DNA of 47,725 nt, filler included, from Catajapyx aquilonaris (GCA_000934665.2; 2 parts of 2 records of this genome joined end to end with filler, not necessarily neighbours in it); one strand, 5' to 3'; positions 1 through 11,380 are shown, numbered from the whole stretch's first letter. Notes: generated from the sequence alone by a model not told the origin. Numbers and translations are program-made.

Positions 1-285
1 CACGAAATATTTCATTTTTGGGTATCATATATTGTCCTGTATTAGCATGTTAAATTTCATCAAGATCCGTCATTATCACCCCGTGACCTTCCCTTGTCAG
101 TTGAATAAATTGTAGGCCTATACTGTACCATACACGTTGGATATCTGACATGATTTTTTGTCATTATTATTTTGCATAAGATCAACAGAGATAACATAAT
201 AGTTCGTGCATATTATAATTATTTCACCACGGAATAAATGACTAACAATTTGTCAGGCTTTCCTTCATACTCGTATTATGCAAAA

Positions 286-288
<3 letters not shown>

Positions 289-355
<67 letters not shown>
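289..355 (-). repeat. (TAA)n microsatellite = 3' tail of the LINE
   Basis: Uninterrupted ATT repeats on the + strand, abutting the TSD. Confidence 0.95.
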
Positions 356-359
<4 letters not shown>

Positions 360-492
360 CCCGTTGTGGGCCTAAGCCCTATAGGGGGGCTCCTCTCCCT
401 TACAAGATAACATAAACAGAGAAAACTTTGTGTGAGAAGACAGAAAAAGAAAGAGAAGAACAAGAATGGCAAGAAAACATAATCTGTATACA

Positions 493-3400
493 TCAAGAAT
501 GGAAAGTGCCAATGCGCTTAATCAGTTGTCGAAAGAAGGCATGCAGGGAATAGATGTCTTCCTTCGCTGGAGCATAAAACAAAAAATGCAACTTATCAGG
601 AGGGTATTGGGGTAGGTTATCCAAATGTTCAAATCTTGCTGCATGGAAGTATTGACACTCATATAACACATGAAAAATTGAGAAAGGAGTGCTCTGATCT
701 CACCAGTCGCATGCAATAGCAGTAAATTCGTTATTAAAATCCAACTTAAAACCATCGATTAGTAAATAGGGTGAAAGGTTTCTTAAATTGATAATCATTC
801 TCACAAATTTAATCGGTAAGTTAAGCTGGAATATGTACTTTTGATCAATTACAGGCTCATAGTCCAAATAGTGCACATAGCGAGTTGTAGTATTCAAGGC
901 TTGGAGTATAGTTGATGTCAACGAGGCTCGAACAGAAACCATAGCCTCCTGCTGTTGATCCGGCGAAGGGACACCCACAACCTGCAGCTGCTTCACATTA
1001 ACCGAATACCAATTTGCTGAGGTAGTGTGTGTGGCCTTCAAGTATAAATAGGCAATTTTAACCAGCCTGGAATCATCTAGGGCTTCCAGTTTCACAAAGA
1101 GGCGGAGGAGGGCTTTAAATTTTTTTTCTCTAAGTGGAATCAGGCCTGTCTCACAGTATATAAAATAGCCAGCTGTCGTAGGGGGCAGTTGCAAAATCCT
1201 TTTCAAGAAGAACAGAAGAACTCGATCAATGTCGTCCAAATGCCTAGCTCCCCAAATTGGGGCAGCATACAGTATAATGGGCGCAATGTGAGAATTAAAC
1301 AATTTAACTATTACATCAAGGTTACGAGTTTTCATCTTAATCAATAAGTCCTTTAATGCCAAGATGGCTTTTTTTGCCTTCATCACAAGGTGGTCCGCAG
1401 CCATGAAAAAAGAACCATAGCTTTTAAAGGGAATACCAAGGTAGGTATACGAGGCAACCTGAGATAACGGGAAGCCTTTATAATAGAAAATTCTGGAGGG
1501 AGCCTTGCCCGCTTTCCTGAAACACATCATCTTGGACTTATCGACATTAAGGGTGAGTCCATTCAAAAATAAATAATCCGCAATCGCGTTAATGCTTTTC
1601 TGTAAGTAAAGTGGGTTTAATATCGGAAAATAATATTAAATCATCTGCATAAAGAAGAACCGGCAAATCAGGGGAACCAGGGCCAAAATTGACACCAGAC
1701 GCCCCATGGTCAATAAGAAAATTGGGTAGATCAGCTAAAAATAAATTAAACAACGTTGGGCTAAGTACTTCCCCTTGCAACACCCCTCTGACAAGTGAGA
1801 CTTCAGGTAACGCATCAAGGTCGGGTATTAGGCGGAATTGCCTATAGATGTCCATGAGTAAGTGCAAAAAGGAAGGGCTAACACCAAAATTGTTAAGTTT
1901 ATTAAAAAGGGATGAATGGCACACTGAATCGAAAGCCTTACTCAAATCAATAAATACTGTATAAAGTTTGCCCTTTGGTTTGCTGGTATACTTCTGAATT
2001 AAGGCAGTCAGTGTTAAAAGGTGGTCAATACAGCCCCGACCCGCACGAAACGCTGCTTGCGCCTCCGGCACTAACCCGCGCGCATCTGCCCAACAGACAA
2101 GCCGGTTGTTGAGTATGGATGTGAAAAGTTTTAAAATATTATTTACCAAGGAAATCGGGCGGTAGTTTGAGGGTTGCGTCATGTCACCCGATTTATATAT
2201 TGGTATCATCCTGGCCTGAGCCCACTGAGCAGGTATCTTAGACATGAGTAAGCATTTGTTAAACATCACGATTAGGGTTTGGCATAGAGCATTAGATTTC
2301 AACTTAAGCAGCGCATTAGGTAAATTATCCGGTCCAGGGGCTGACTTCGAGCGCAGACCTCCCATAGCACGAAGAAGTTCATGCATAGATATCGCTCGCG
2401 CCAGGCTTGGATCCGCATCAGGTAACAGGATAGGTAAAACACCCGTTACAGTACTCATCGGACTCAAATCAGCAAGTTGAAGGTTACGGAGGTGGGCCCA
2501 CCACACGCTCGGGTCCAAAGGTTTGACAGTTCGTCTCGACCTAAATTTTTTAATTTCAGCCCAAAATTCTTGAGAGGTGCTTGCATGGGAGAGCTTATCA
2601 GGGAGGGTCGTGGAAAAAAAACTTTAGTTTTTTAGCTTTCCTCAAATTCGAGTACTGTTTTCTAAGAGAACAGTAAGTAATTCTATCATCAGATGCACGG
2701 GAAGCACGCCAAACTCGAAGTTTACGATTTAGTGACCGCTTCATCTCATGCAATTCCACATCAAACCATGGTACAGAGGCCTTACGTACATGGGCAGGGC
2801 TATTAGGCACGGTATCATAAAGAAAACCACCGTCAGATAGTAATGAGGTCATCGTCAGTGTAAAAAGCAACGCCTGTTGAGTAAGATCATCAGTCTGGTC
2901 AACTGAACATAATAGGTTATCATCAACTGCGGGTATAAGATGCGCAAACTTATCATCAGGTATGATCAGAACACTCCGCCTAAATGGAGGGGGGGAACAA
3001 AAAGTAATAGCAAATTGAAAAAAAGACAATATAGGCATATGCTGGGAATCAGTGAGGGCAACCACCAAAAAATCAGTCACATAACGGAGTAGAGTACATG
3101 AAACACAACAGTAATCTATAACACTCTGACCAAGTTTATTTAGAAAAGTGAAATTGCCATCTATGTCAGAGGGCAGAGTGCCATTTAATATTTGCATAGC
3201 ATTGTCGCCTAAGAATCTGAGGAGTTTTCTGCCTCTAGAATTCAAAGAGGGATCACAAGAATTACGTACTGAAGAGGAATCATATGTCAGTTGGGAGAGA
3301 AAATAGCATGATTGACAGGCTGCGACTCTCGAGTTCAAATCACCCATAAAAATAATGTCAGTACCTCCCTCGGCCCAACGGTCAAGAAAGGGTTGAATCT

Positions 3401-3921
3401 GATCAAAGAGTAAGTCTGGATCAGATGTAGGCGGAATATATGCTAACAACAACAGAGCGCTGGACAGAAGGGGGGGAGGTTCACTTGAAGCAAAATAAAG
3501 GAACTGTCAGATGTAATCAAAACAGGTGACAACTGTTTGTGGGCAAGGAGCACCAAGCCCCCAGCAGCCCATCCCCTATAGTTGCAGTTCTAATAGCCGC
3601 GACAGAAAACAACACATAATCAATAAGGGGACTGGCAACCGGGGGGGAAGTCATCCATGTCTCTAGGAAACCAAAAACCACAGTATTAGGTTGGTCAAAG
3701 TGGGAGATGGCAGAGAGTAAATCCAAACCAGCAATATTCCAGGAACACATCATCACAGGGGCCTCTTGTATAACGTTTGTCTCGGCAGCATAACCTGGAC
3801 TATTTGGCGACTCACCCAGAACAGGCACGGACAGGCTAGAGACACCACACTGATCACTCACCACCGACCAATTAGCACTCAATTTTTCACTGCACACTAA
3901 GGAGCCCGGGGGCGGCGACAA
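493..3921 (-). pseudogene. LINE ORF2 (APE endonuclease - reverse transcriptase - CCHC zinc knuckle), broken into pieces
   Basis: APE motifs SWNIAGL, FLETW, AYIPP, MGDLNSR, SVIDY, SQHMPI (ORFs 3517-3921, 2598-3452). RT motifs SAPGPDNL, NYRPISL, QAAFRAGRGC, FIDLSKAFDSV, GVLQGEVLSPTLF, LYADD (1589-2518). Thumb region at 700-1566. Reading past the TGA at 700-702 gives CDW*DQSTPFSIFHVLYEC to a stop at 493. At least four frameshifts (~3575, G7 run ~3473, A-run ~2615, ~1605). Confidence 0.93.
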
Positions 3922-3954
3922 AAGGTTATATGGCGAGTGTGGCTCATCACATCT

Positions 3955-4757
3955 TCAATTCTCCTGGACAGGTGCAGGCGCCACATCTGATTTCTTCTGA
4001 GGCAGGGATTCAGGCGGCGATGATGAGGCACCCCGCTTGTTTGGATGGGGCCGCTGCTGATTAGTAATCATAGGGTACAACTCACGCAGCTCAGCCAGAG
4101 CATATAGAAACGCCCTTCCATCTTCAACTTATCCGCCCGAAGGGTTGCCTTCTTTCCCTCCGATTTGAAGTGTCGCAGGAACGGGAGTAAATCGCCACGA
4201 ATCGCACGAGTCGCAAAGGAAAAATCCTCGCTTATGTTGATGCCAGTGTCCTTGAGCCGGTAACCGCGTGACATGATGCTCTCGCGGTCCTTGAAAAAGG
4301 AGCAATAAAGGACAATAGGTCGAATGCGCCCAGAATTGAATGCACCAATTCGATGGCACCTTTCCACGGAAAGGGCATAGTCCGGAGGAATCAATCCTTT
4401 GGCACGCAACAAATGGAGGGTCTTATCTTCTGTGTCACGCCAGGTCTCCTGAAGGTCAGGTTTCAAGCCAAATATCACAATGTTTCCCCGCCTCGAGCGG
4501 TCTTCCATTTCTTGCAACTTTTTGGTCAGCATAATCACCTCCTCCTTGGATTTACGCACCTCTTCCTGAAGTCCCTCCACCATGTTGGCAAGCAACGTGA
4601 ACTTCTCCTCAAATTTCGCCATACCAGAATGAATAATCGTCCTGAGATCTTCCTTCAAAGAAACTGCCATCAGTGCTCGAGCATCGGCATTGGCAGCCTC
4701 TTGCCGTTCCTCCATGTCCTTCAGTAGGGACTGAATGTCTTTCAATGTCGCCCCCAT
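3955..4757 (-). pseudogene. LINE ORF1 (coiled-coil + RRM-like RNA-binding protein), one frameshift near 4103
   Basis: ORF 4068-4793 has a heptad-rich N-terminus, then LQEMEDRSRRGNIVIFGL, VERCHRIG, RPIVL, ISEDFS and LRADKLKMEG, typical of L1-type ORF1p. First ATG at 4757. Removing a 2-nt TA duplication at ~4103 gives EGRFYALAELREL...KRGASSSPPESLPQKKS...QEN-TGA (3955), ~266 aa. Confidence 0.85.
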
Positions 4758-5289
4758 TGCACTCCCGTTAACACGGGCAGGTAGTACAGCCAAGGCCGAG
4801 AGGAACAGGGGCTAGAGAGCTCAGCAAGCACGTTTGCACGCAACGGCAGCAGGGAGTGGAGTCGTATTATGCAAAATATGGCGTCATGTTACAGCATCAA
4901 ACCTAAAGTATGCATTTAATATCGGATGGTCCCAGACAACATTGAGACCTCCAGATAAAACCTAATGAAAAACTATACTGTATGTCCGATATGCCTGGAG
5001 AGAGAACGAGCTACGTCCAATCAGAGGTGGTGAGGATCAGGAAGTTCCTGGATACGATTCACAAGCCCCGAACTGACTTTACTCAAACTACTTACGGTAC
5101 GTCGTACATCACTCTTGATCTCTTGATTCCCGTGAATTAAAGAGGCGTTGCAAACGAGCGACATATTTGTGTGCATTACCAAAAGACTCCGACAAATATC
5201 TTCAGATGAAGCTGAGAAGAATGGTCATGGACAATGCACTAAACAATACAAAGGAGGTTGCGAAAATGATTATATGATTATATGATTAT

Positions 5290-6000
5290 ATTCCTTAATC
5301 ACCTTCGAAGTAGACAAGTAGTCCCCTTTTGAACGTACAGTAGATACCACAAAGCATTCAAATCGTGAGAAGAGCACTGCCATGCTGCTCTTCTCACGAT
5401 TGGAATGCTTTGTGGACGTTCCTTTTTGTTAGGGTTCGCAGCACCACCTGCGACTCTTCAGGGACCTGGTTTACTGAGTCATATCTTATTCCTTTCAGCT
5501 TAATTTTCATTTTAGGAAATAGGAAGAAGTCGCAGGGAGCTCAATCTGGCAAAAGAGGTGATGGGTAAGGGACAATCGTCATGGTTTGGGACACCACAAA
5601 CTGCTGCGCGGCAAAGTGAGGGCGCGAGTTGTCATGGTGTTGTTCTCGCGCCATTTCGCGAGGCGTTTCCTTCGAATGTCCTTCCTCAGCCACCTTTTTC
5701 GCCAAATTAAGGCCCTTATTGTGACTCCTTCCTAACGCGTAGATGAAAATTAAGCTTCAGATTTGAGAATAATTTTACCCATTTCTTATGGAGTTGTGCT
5801 CTTCAAAGGACGTCCAGAACGATCTTCACCTTCAATTGAAATGGAGCCATCTTTAAACCTCGATTAACTTATATCATTTCTGCTGTGTCCCTAAACCATT
5901 GTCACCGAATGCATCTTGTAGGATCATGTGAGTTTGGAGCACTTTTGCCAAGTTCGAAACAAAATTTAGGCTGTTCTTTTAGGCAAATTTAGGGCATCCA
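5290..6000 (-). mobile_element. Degenerate, internally deleted mariner (Tc1/mariner DDxD) transposase relic
   Basis: Minus-strand translations give KFCFELGKSA (~5940-5970), SRFKDGSISIEGEDRSGRP (~5805-5863), HHDNSRPH...PD*APCDFFLFPKMKIKLKG (~5490-5640) and terminal GDY/YFEGD (~5298-5327), all canonical mariner motifs. Terminal inverted repeats were not confidently located. Confidence 0.85.
5347..5415. repeat. Near-perfect inverted repeat (30-bp arms, 1 mismatch, 9-nt loop) inside the mariner relic
   Basis: CCACAAAGCATTCAAATCGTGAGAAGAGCA (5347-5376) vs TGCTCTTCTCACGATTGGAATGCTTTGTGG (5386-5415). Confidence 0.9.
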
Positions 6001-6108
6001 TTTTCACCCCCAGATACGCGTAGAATCGCAGCCTTTATGATACATCACGTCACAAACATATTCTCTAAATTATGCATTATTTCTGATTACTGTCGATAAA
6101 GGTAACAT

Positions 6109-7505
6109 TTAGTTGGGCTCAGCATACTTGAATTGGAGCAGGATGATCAGATAAGTAGTGATACCTGCTGCAATCTGCAAAGACGCAAAGAGCCAATAAA
6201 TTATGTCTCAAAATTAACCATGTGGTGCAAGTGCACTTACTGATGTGAGAAGCCCGTGGTTGATGGTGAAGAAGTTGGCTGCGGTGAACTGGACTGGAGG
6301 ACCCAGCATCCTTTGGATCAGGGTCTGTACCTGTTAGGAGAATATTGAGTCTTTGGATAAGTGGAAGGGAGTCAGTGAATGATGCGTGACCTCTGACCTG
6401 TTCTTGGGAGTCAGGAGTCAGGCCCAATTTGCGTATTTTCATCAGATGGTCCAATGGTAGAGTAGCCTGCAAAGAGAGAGCGCGCTTTCGTCAGAGACAG
6501 GGTTCACTTAGTGAATGTGTGTCTACTTACTGTCTCACTCTGACTACATATTGCAGAGGTGAAAATGACCATGATCAATATGTTGAGTATTTGTGATAAA
6601 GAATACATCACGCTGATCACGATATGTACCGCATTCCAAGTATCAACTATGAAAAACAACAAATAGACAATTTCCAGGCAGATTCCCAGATAGGAAATAC
6701 ATGTGGAAATTCCAAACGCCTTGCTGACATCTGCACTCAGCTCATAAAGCTCCAGATACGCTCTGCCAGGTTTGGCAAAGGTGGCCTTGCGAATATCTGC
6801 AGGTTTGGACCGAGGTTTGGACTCTTCTTCCGATTGGGAAGAGTGAAACATTTCTTGCAGCGGGGTGCATGTCGTCTCGATTTCTTCGCAAACGTGCTGA
6901 AATCGATTTCCAATGGCAGAAGCGAAAAAGAGAAGTTGACCTGCGGCTATGTTGCGTATAGACATTAAATGAAAAATTAAAAATGTAAGGATCAGCCCTG
7001 AAGCTTGATAGGTGTCAAACAAATAATATCCGTTTGCCGTTGTCAACGCCAATGTGTGTGCGAGAGAGAATAGCACAATTTTCCACGACAGTTTCCGAAG
7101 AGAGTGGTTCACCTCCAGGTCTCCGCAAATACCGTCCAAAGTGTGCAGTTTCTTCAATATCCGGCTGAATTTACCTCGTTGCTTCGAAAGATGCAGCATG
7201 CTCACCAGAGGCAACAGGTGAATGACTCTGTATAAGTAAAAATTTGCCATCTTGTTGGTACTTGATTCGGCCATTGTCATTGGCACGTCCAGCAGAATCC
7301 AAGTCGTTAAGAAATATCCGACCACGAAAATGACGACGTTTAGGGCCAATGGCCACATATGACGTAATAGTTCTCTTCTGGGATGCAGTGGACATGTCCA
7401 CAAACCGAAAATTGTCGAAAATGTGGCCAAGGGAGAGAAGGACCAAAAAACGTCCTGAACGCGGAACATTTTCCTGCACTTTGGTTCTTTCTCCTTTTCC
7501 AGCAT
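6109..7505 (-). CDS. Gustatory receptor GR-a (7tm_7 chemosensory receptor), intact, ~399 aa
   Basis: Exons 7505-6531, 6466-6398, 6330-6241, 6174-6109 with three GT-AG phase-0 introns. Multiple hydrophobic segments. C-terminus FTAANFFTINHGLLTS/IAAGITTYLIILLQF matches the GR TYhhhhhQF signature and the conserved C-terminal intron pattern. Start codon choice uncertain. Confidence 0.9.
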
Positions 7506-8669
7506 GACATAAGCGTGGTCATTAATCAATGGTGTTTGAAAAGAACCAGGATGAATTATTTCCGTAACCTCCTCTATATATTGTTCAGCGCATTGTCCAA
7601 GACCATTCGTCTCTCCTGAAGACAGTCTACATTGTGGAGTCTTTATTGGTTATTGCACACAAAGTACAGTACGTCGCTCATTTGTAACGCCTATTCAATT
7701 GCACGGGGAACTTTGATACAAGTCCGATATACTGAAAAGGTGTAAATAATTGATCGATCGTCACATCCAGGATATGAAAATGGCATCTGCTTCCCTGAGG
7801 AAATTAGCTGGATTTTTGGACAAATATAAAATCCCAGATCAAATTACATCTTCATAGCTGGAATATTAACGCGTACGTCACCAATGTATTATGCGCAATG
7901 TTTACTCTGCTATTTTGGCGTGATTATAAATTTTAAATACTCATTTTATGACACACAATATATACTGAAAGATGCCTTACAAGGCCACATCAGAAGAACT
8001 CGAATGCGTCCAGTCACGTGCAATTAACTCGGAAAAACATGAATATCTGAGGCAGGTGAGGGTCATAAAATTATTTTTCCACTTTACAAAAATGGGAAGT
8101 GAAGATACGAACATGCTAAATTGCGTGTTAACCGTCTAGGTGACTATGAACCGATTTTTAGCTCATTTATAGAATCCTCTACGGTGTGTGCTGAGTCTAT
8201 ATACTCGGGACAACATGTGAAGAACGACGTTTAATATTTTTATATTGGGACTATGTCGGTTAACAAAATCAGTGGTACGCAATGCGTATACAAGCATTTT
8301 ATTTAGAGACGATTATAATAGTGTATTAATAATTTATTAAGAATGGACTATTACTTGGCAATTTTTGTGTGAAACATGTCACGAATCATATACGAAGTCT
8401 TTATTGTGTACGTGACAAAAATAGTGATGTTGTTTCCTGAAACTGAGAACCGAGCTGAGAATAATGATTGAATGGAGCAGGAGTTATAAGTGCCATTCCA
8501 CTTCCACAACCTGAAAACTATTAATTCTGAGGATCAAGCACGGTACATCATCCTTATTTGTCATAGATCGATCACCAATTTAGATTTCCTTTTTATTGCA
8601 AGCATCTCAAAAATTATTGTGGTGATGGATACGTGGCATTTTTATTCTCTCCGGAATTGCACATTTTGG

Positions 8670-8845
8670 TGTTGCCTAAGAGGTAACCCGGCAGCGAAAA
8701 TGATCTCTTCAGCAGAGTCGTTGGCCACATCATTGTGATGCTTGGATGTCTTGGTCTGATGAAGAGGGTGAGTCCATAGTCCCAATGATGCTGATGTTGA
8801 GGCCAATGGACCGAAGGACGTCTTGCACTTGCGACATTTTGTGCT
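8670..8845 (-). pseudogene. Old GR exon-1 5' relic
   Basis: Frameshifted translation KMSQVQDVLRSIG / LGLWTHPLHQ / MWPT / IIFAAG aligns by eye with the GR-a N-terminus KMFRVQDVFWSF...FGLWTCPLHP...MWPL...IFVVGY. A paralogous shorter copy is at ~22680-22760. Confidence 0.6.
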
Positions 8846-9722
8846 GGGGCAGTGACACTCCTTTGCTTCATGGGCGTATGATTTGCCAACTGTCCATTGC
8901 GAGACTTACCACACCCTTTATTGAGTGGAATGGGAGTGAGGAAAATCATTAACCGGTTCTTTTATCGTACGCTACTTTGCTGTTTATTACTCTCGTTTTA
9001 TTAAGATATGTGACCTTCACCTTGAAAGTGCAATGTTCCATTTGTGTTTCGTCTCTCATCTAGAGCTTACATTCACTGACACAGTAAGTCAGTTATGTTC
9101 CCCGGGACTTCCTCATGCAGTGGTTAAAATACCAAAATATATACAGTATAGGTAATATGCTTGAGAACCTTACCATGTCTCAGTTTTATTAGCAGTCTGA
9201 TTGATTTTTAGCCTGCATTAGTTGCTTTGATGGAAAACCCTACACGACGGCTGTGACATCTGACATGATTAATTTGTCGTCATTCATTTAAGTGAGATCA
9301 ATATAATAATTTACTGGATACAACATAATTCGTGCATATAATGATTTATCCACGAATAATCGCGTCTAGTTTTCTTGTGAATTATGGTGTTATATTACAA
9401 CATCAAGCCTAAATTATGCGTCTAATACAGGATGGTGCACTACATAACCTGCACCTGCACCTGAAATACTCGCTCTACTGAGTCTGCTCGATAATGCGTA
9501 ATCCCTATATGCTATTTGTAGACTTCGATATTATGATTGTGAATATGGGAACAGCTAAAATAATGTAAGCCAGCATTGTTGGAGCGAGTTATTCATCCCG
9601 TTTTTCCCCAACCCTCATTTTCTGCAGGGAAACACTCCGTACCCTATACCTATAGGCATTGAAGCCGTTGAGTCGTTCATACGACACTACGTCACATAAT
9701 TCGGGCATAATTATTATGTTAA

Positions 9723-11110
9723 TTACAGCCCTTCATTCATCCAACGGGTAGAATTTTTGGAACTGAACTCAGCAGATCTGAACTGGACCAGGATGACCAG
9801 ATAAGTGGTGATAGCTGCTGCAATCTGAAGAGACAGCAATATACCATCAGGCCAATTATGTCTCAGGAGTAAGCAAGTGATGCAAGTAAAGCACTTACAG
9901 AGGTGAGTAGCCCTCGGTTGATGGTGAAGAAGTTGGCTGCGGTGAACTGGACTGGAGGACCCAGCATCCTCTGGATCAGGGTCTGGACCTGTTATGAGCA
10001 TGAGGATATGGGTAAATGAAAGGAGTCAGTTCATGATGCGTGACCTCTGACCTGTTCTTGGGAGTAAGGACTCAGGCCGAATTTTCGAATTTTCATCAGA
10101 TGGTCCAGAGGTCGAGTAGCCTGCAAAGATAAAGAGATTCCGGCAGAAATGGATTTCGTATTATTGAGTGCATGTTTACTTACTGTTTCACTCTGACTAC
10201 ATATCAAACAGGTGAAAATGGCCACCATAAATATGTTGAATGTTGCTATGAAAGAATTAATCATCTTGATCATGAGAGGTGTCTTGTTCCATGTGTCAAT
10301 TGTACCGAATAAAATTATTATAATTTCCAGGCAGATCCCCAGGTAGGAAATACATGTAGAAATTCCAAAAGCCTTGTTGACTTCTTCACTCAGCTCATAA
10401 AGCTCCAGGAACACTTTGCCAGGTTTGGCAAAGGTTGCACTGCGAGCCTGCTTAGCTCTGGCCAATTCTTCAGGTTGAGTAGAGTGAAACAGATCTTGCA
10501 GCGAGGCGCATTTCGTCACAATTTCTTCGCAAACATGCTGAAACCTCCTTCCGATGGCTGACGCGAAAAAGAGAAGTTGACCTGCAGCCAGGTTACGTAT
10601 TGACATAAATTGGAAAAGAGCAAATGTTGGGATCAGCCCTGCAGTTTGAAAGAGGATGCAATAAAGACAGCCTTGCATCATCGTCATCCCCATGGAATGT
10701 GCGAGAGAGAATATGACTATTTTCCATGACAATTTCCGAAGAGAGTGGTTCACCTCCAGGTCTCCGAAAATCCCGTCCAAAGTGTGCAGTTTCCTCAATG
10801 TCCTGCTCATTTCGTCTCGTTTCTTCGAGAGAACTAGCAGGCTCACCAAAGGCATCAGTTGGATGACTCTGATCAAGTAAAAACTTGCCATTTGGTTGGT
10901 ACTAGATTGTGTCATTTCCTCTGCTGCAGACTTGAACATCCTAGTGGATAAGAAATACCCGGCCACGAAAATGATGACATTGACAGCAAGTGGCCACATG
11001 TGACGTAAGGACTCTCTTCTCGGATGCAGTGGACATGTCCACAACCCGAAGATGGCCGAACATCTGGCCATGGGCGAGAAGGCCCAAAACACGTCCTTAT
11101 CTTAAAACAT
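9723..11110 (-). CDS. Gustatory receptor GR-b; ancestral start followed by TAA at codon 3, possible alternative start at 11071 (~382 aa)
   Basis: Exons (11110/11071)-10184, 10120-10052, 9988-9899, 9824-9723; TTYLVILVQF motif. ATG TTT TAA at 11110-11102 where paralogs read ATG TTT CAA. The rest of the frame is uninterrupted. Functional status uncertain. Confidence 0.75.
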
Positions 11111-11323
11111 TCTCCACCACTTTAGTCTTTACCCTTTGCCAACATACTGTAGCATGCGCCTTGTCATTAATTATTTATTGGTGCCTGCAACGAACTGTAG
11201 GATCAATGATTTTCGCAACCTCCTTTGTATTGTTCAGTGCATTGTCCACGACTATTCTTCCCCGCTTCACGTGAAGACACTTGTCATCTCAGGAATATAT
11301 GTGCTCTTCCGTAATACATGCAA

Positions 11324-11380
11324 AGTACGTCGCTCATTTGCAGAAGCTATTCAATAATTGCACCTGCACCTTTATATATG
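11324..11380 (-). promoter_or_regulatory. Conserved upstream block of GR genes, putative core promoter
   Basis: AGTACGTCGCTCATTTG..CTATTCAATTGCAC recurs at 7668-7704, 11324-11363, 17745-17781, 21511-21547 and degenerate at 15682-15721, about 160-250 bp upstream of start codons. A TATA-like TATATAAAG lies just upstream in this copy. Function is inference. Confidence 0.35.

Larger units (their letters stand above)
289..4861 (-). mobile_element. Full-length non-LTR retrotransposon (LINE, RTE-X-like clade), inactivated by several frameshifts and a nonsense codon
   Basis: Perfect 18-bp direct repeat TCGTATTATGCAAAATAT at 271-288 and 4862-4879 (TSD). (TAA)n 3' tail at 289-355. ORF1 plus ORF2 carry APE endonuclease, RT (YADD) and a C-terminal CCHC knuckle. 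The clade call is inference from post-RT motifs (KLFNSHIAPIILYAAPIWG; ILQLPPTTAGYFIYCETG), an L1-like ORF1 and the TAA tail. Confidence 0.95.

Noticed and set aside
242..496. Poly-Ile ORF (and poly-Asn/poly-Ile ORFs at 15655-15930)
   Set aside because: These are translations of trinucleotide retroposon tails, not genes.
700..702. In-frame TGA at a Cys position of the LINE zinc knuckle, suggesting selenocysteine
   Set aside because: The element has multiple other disabling lesions and I recognise no SECIS; a TGY>TGA nonsense change is simpler.
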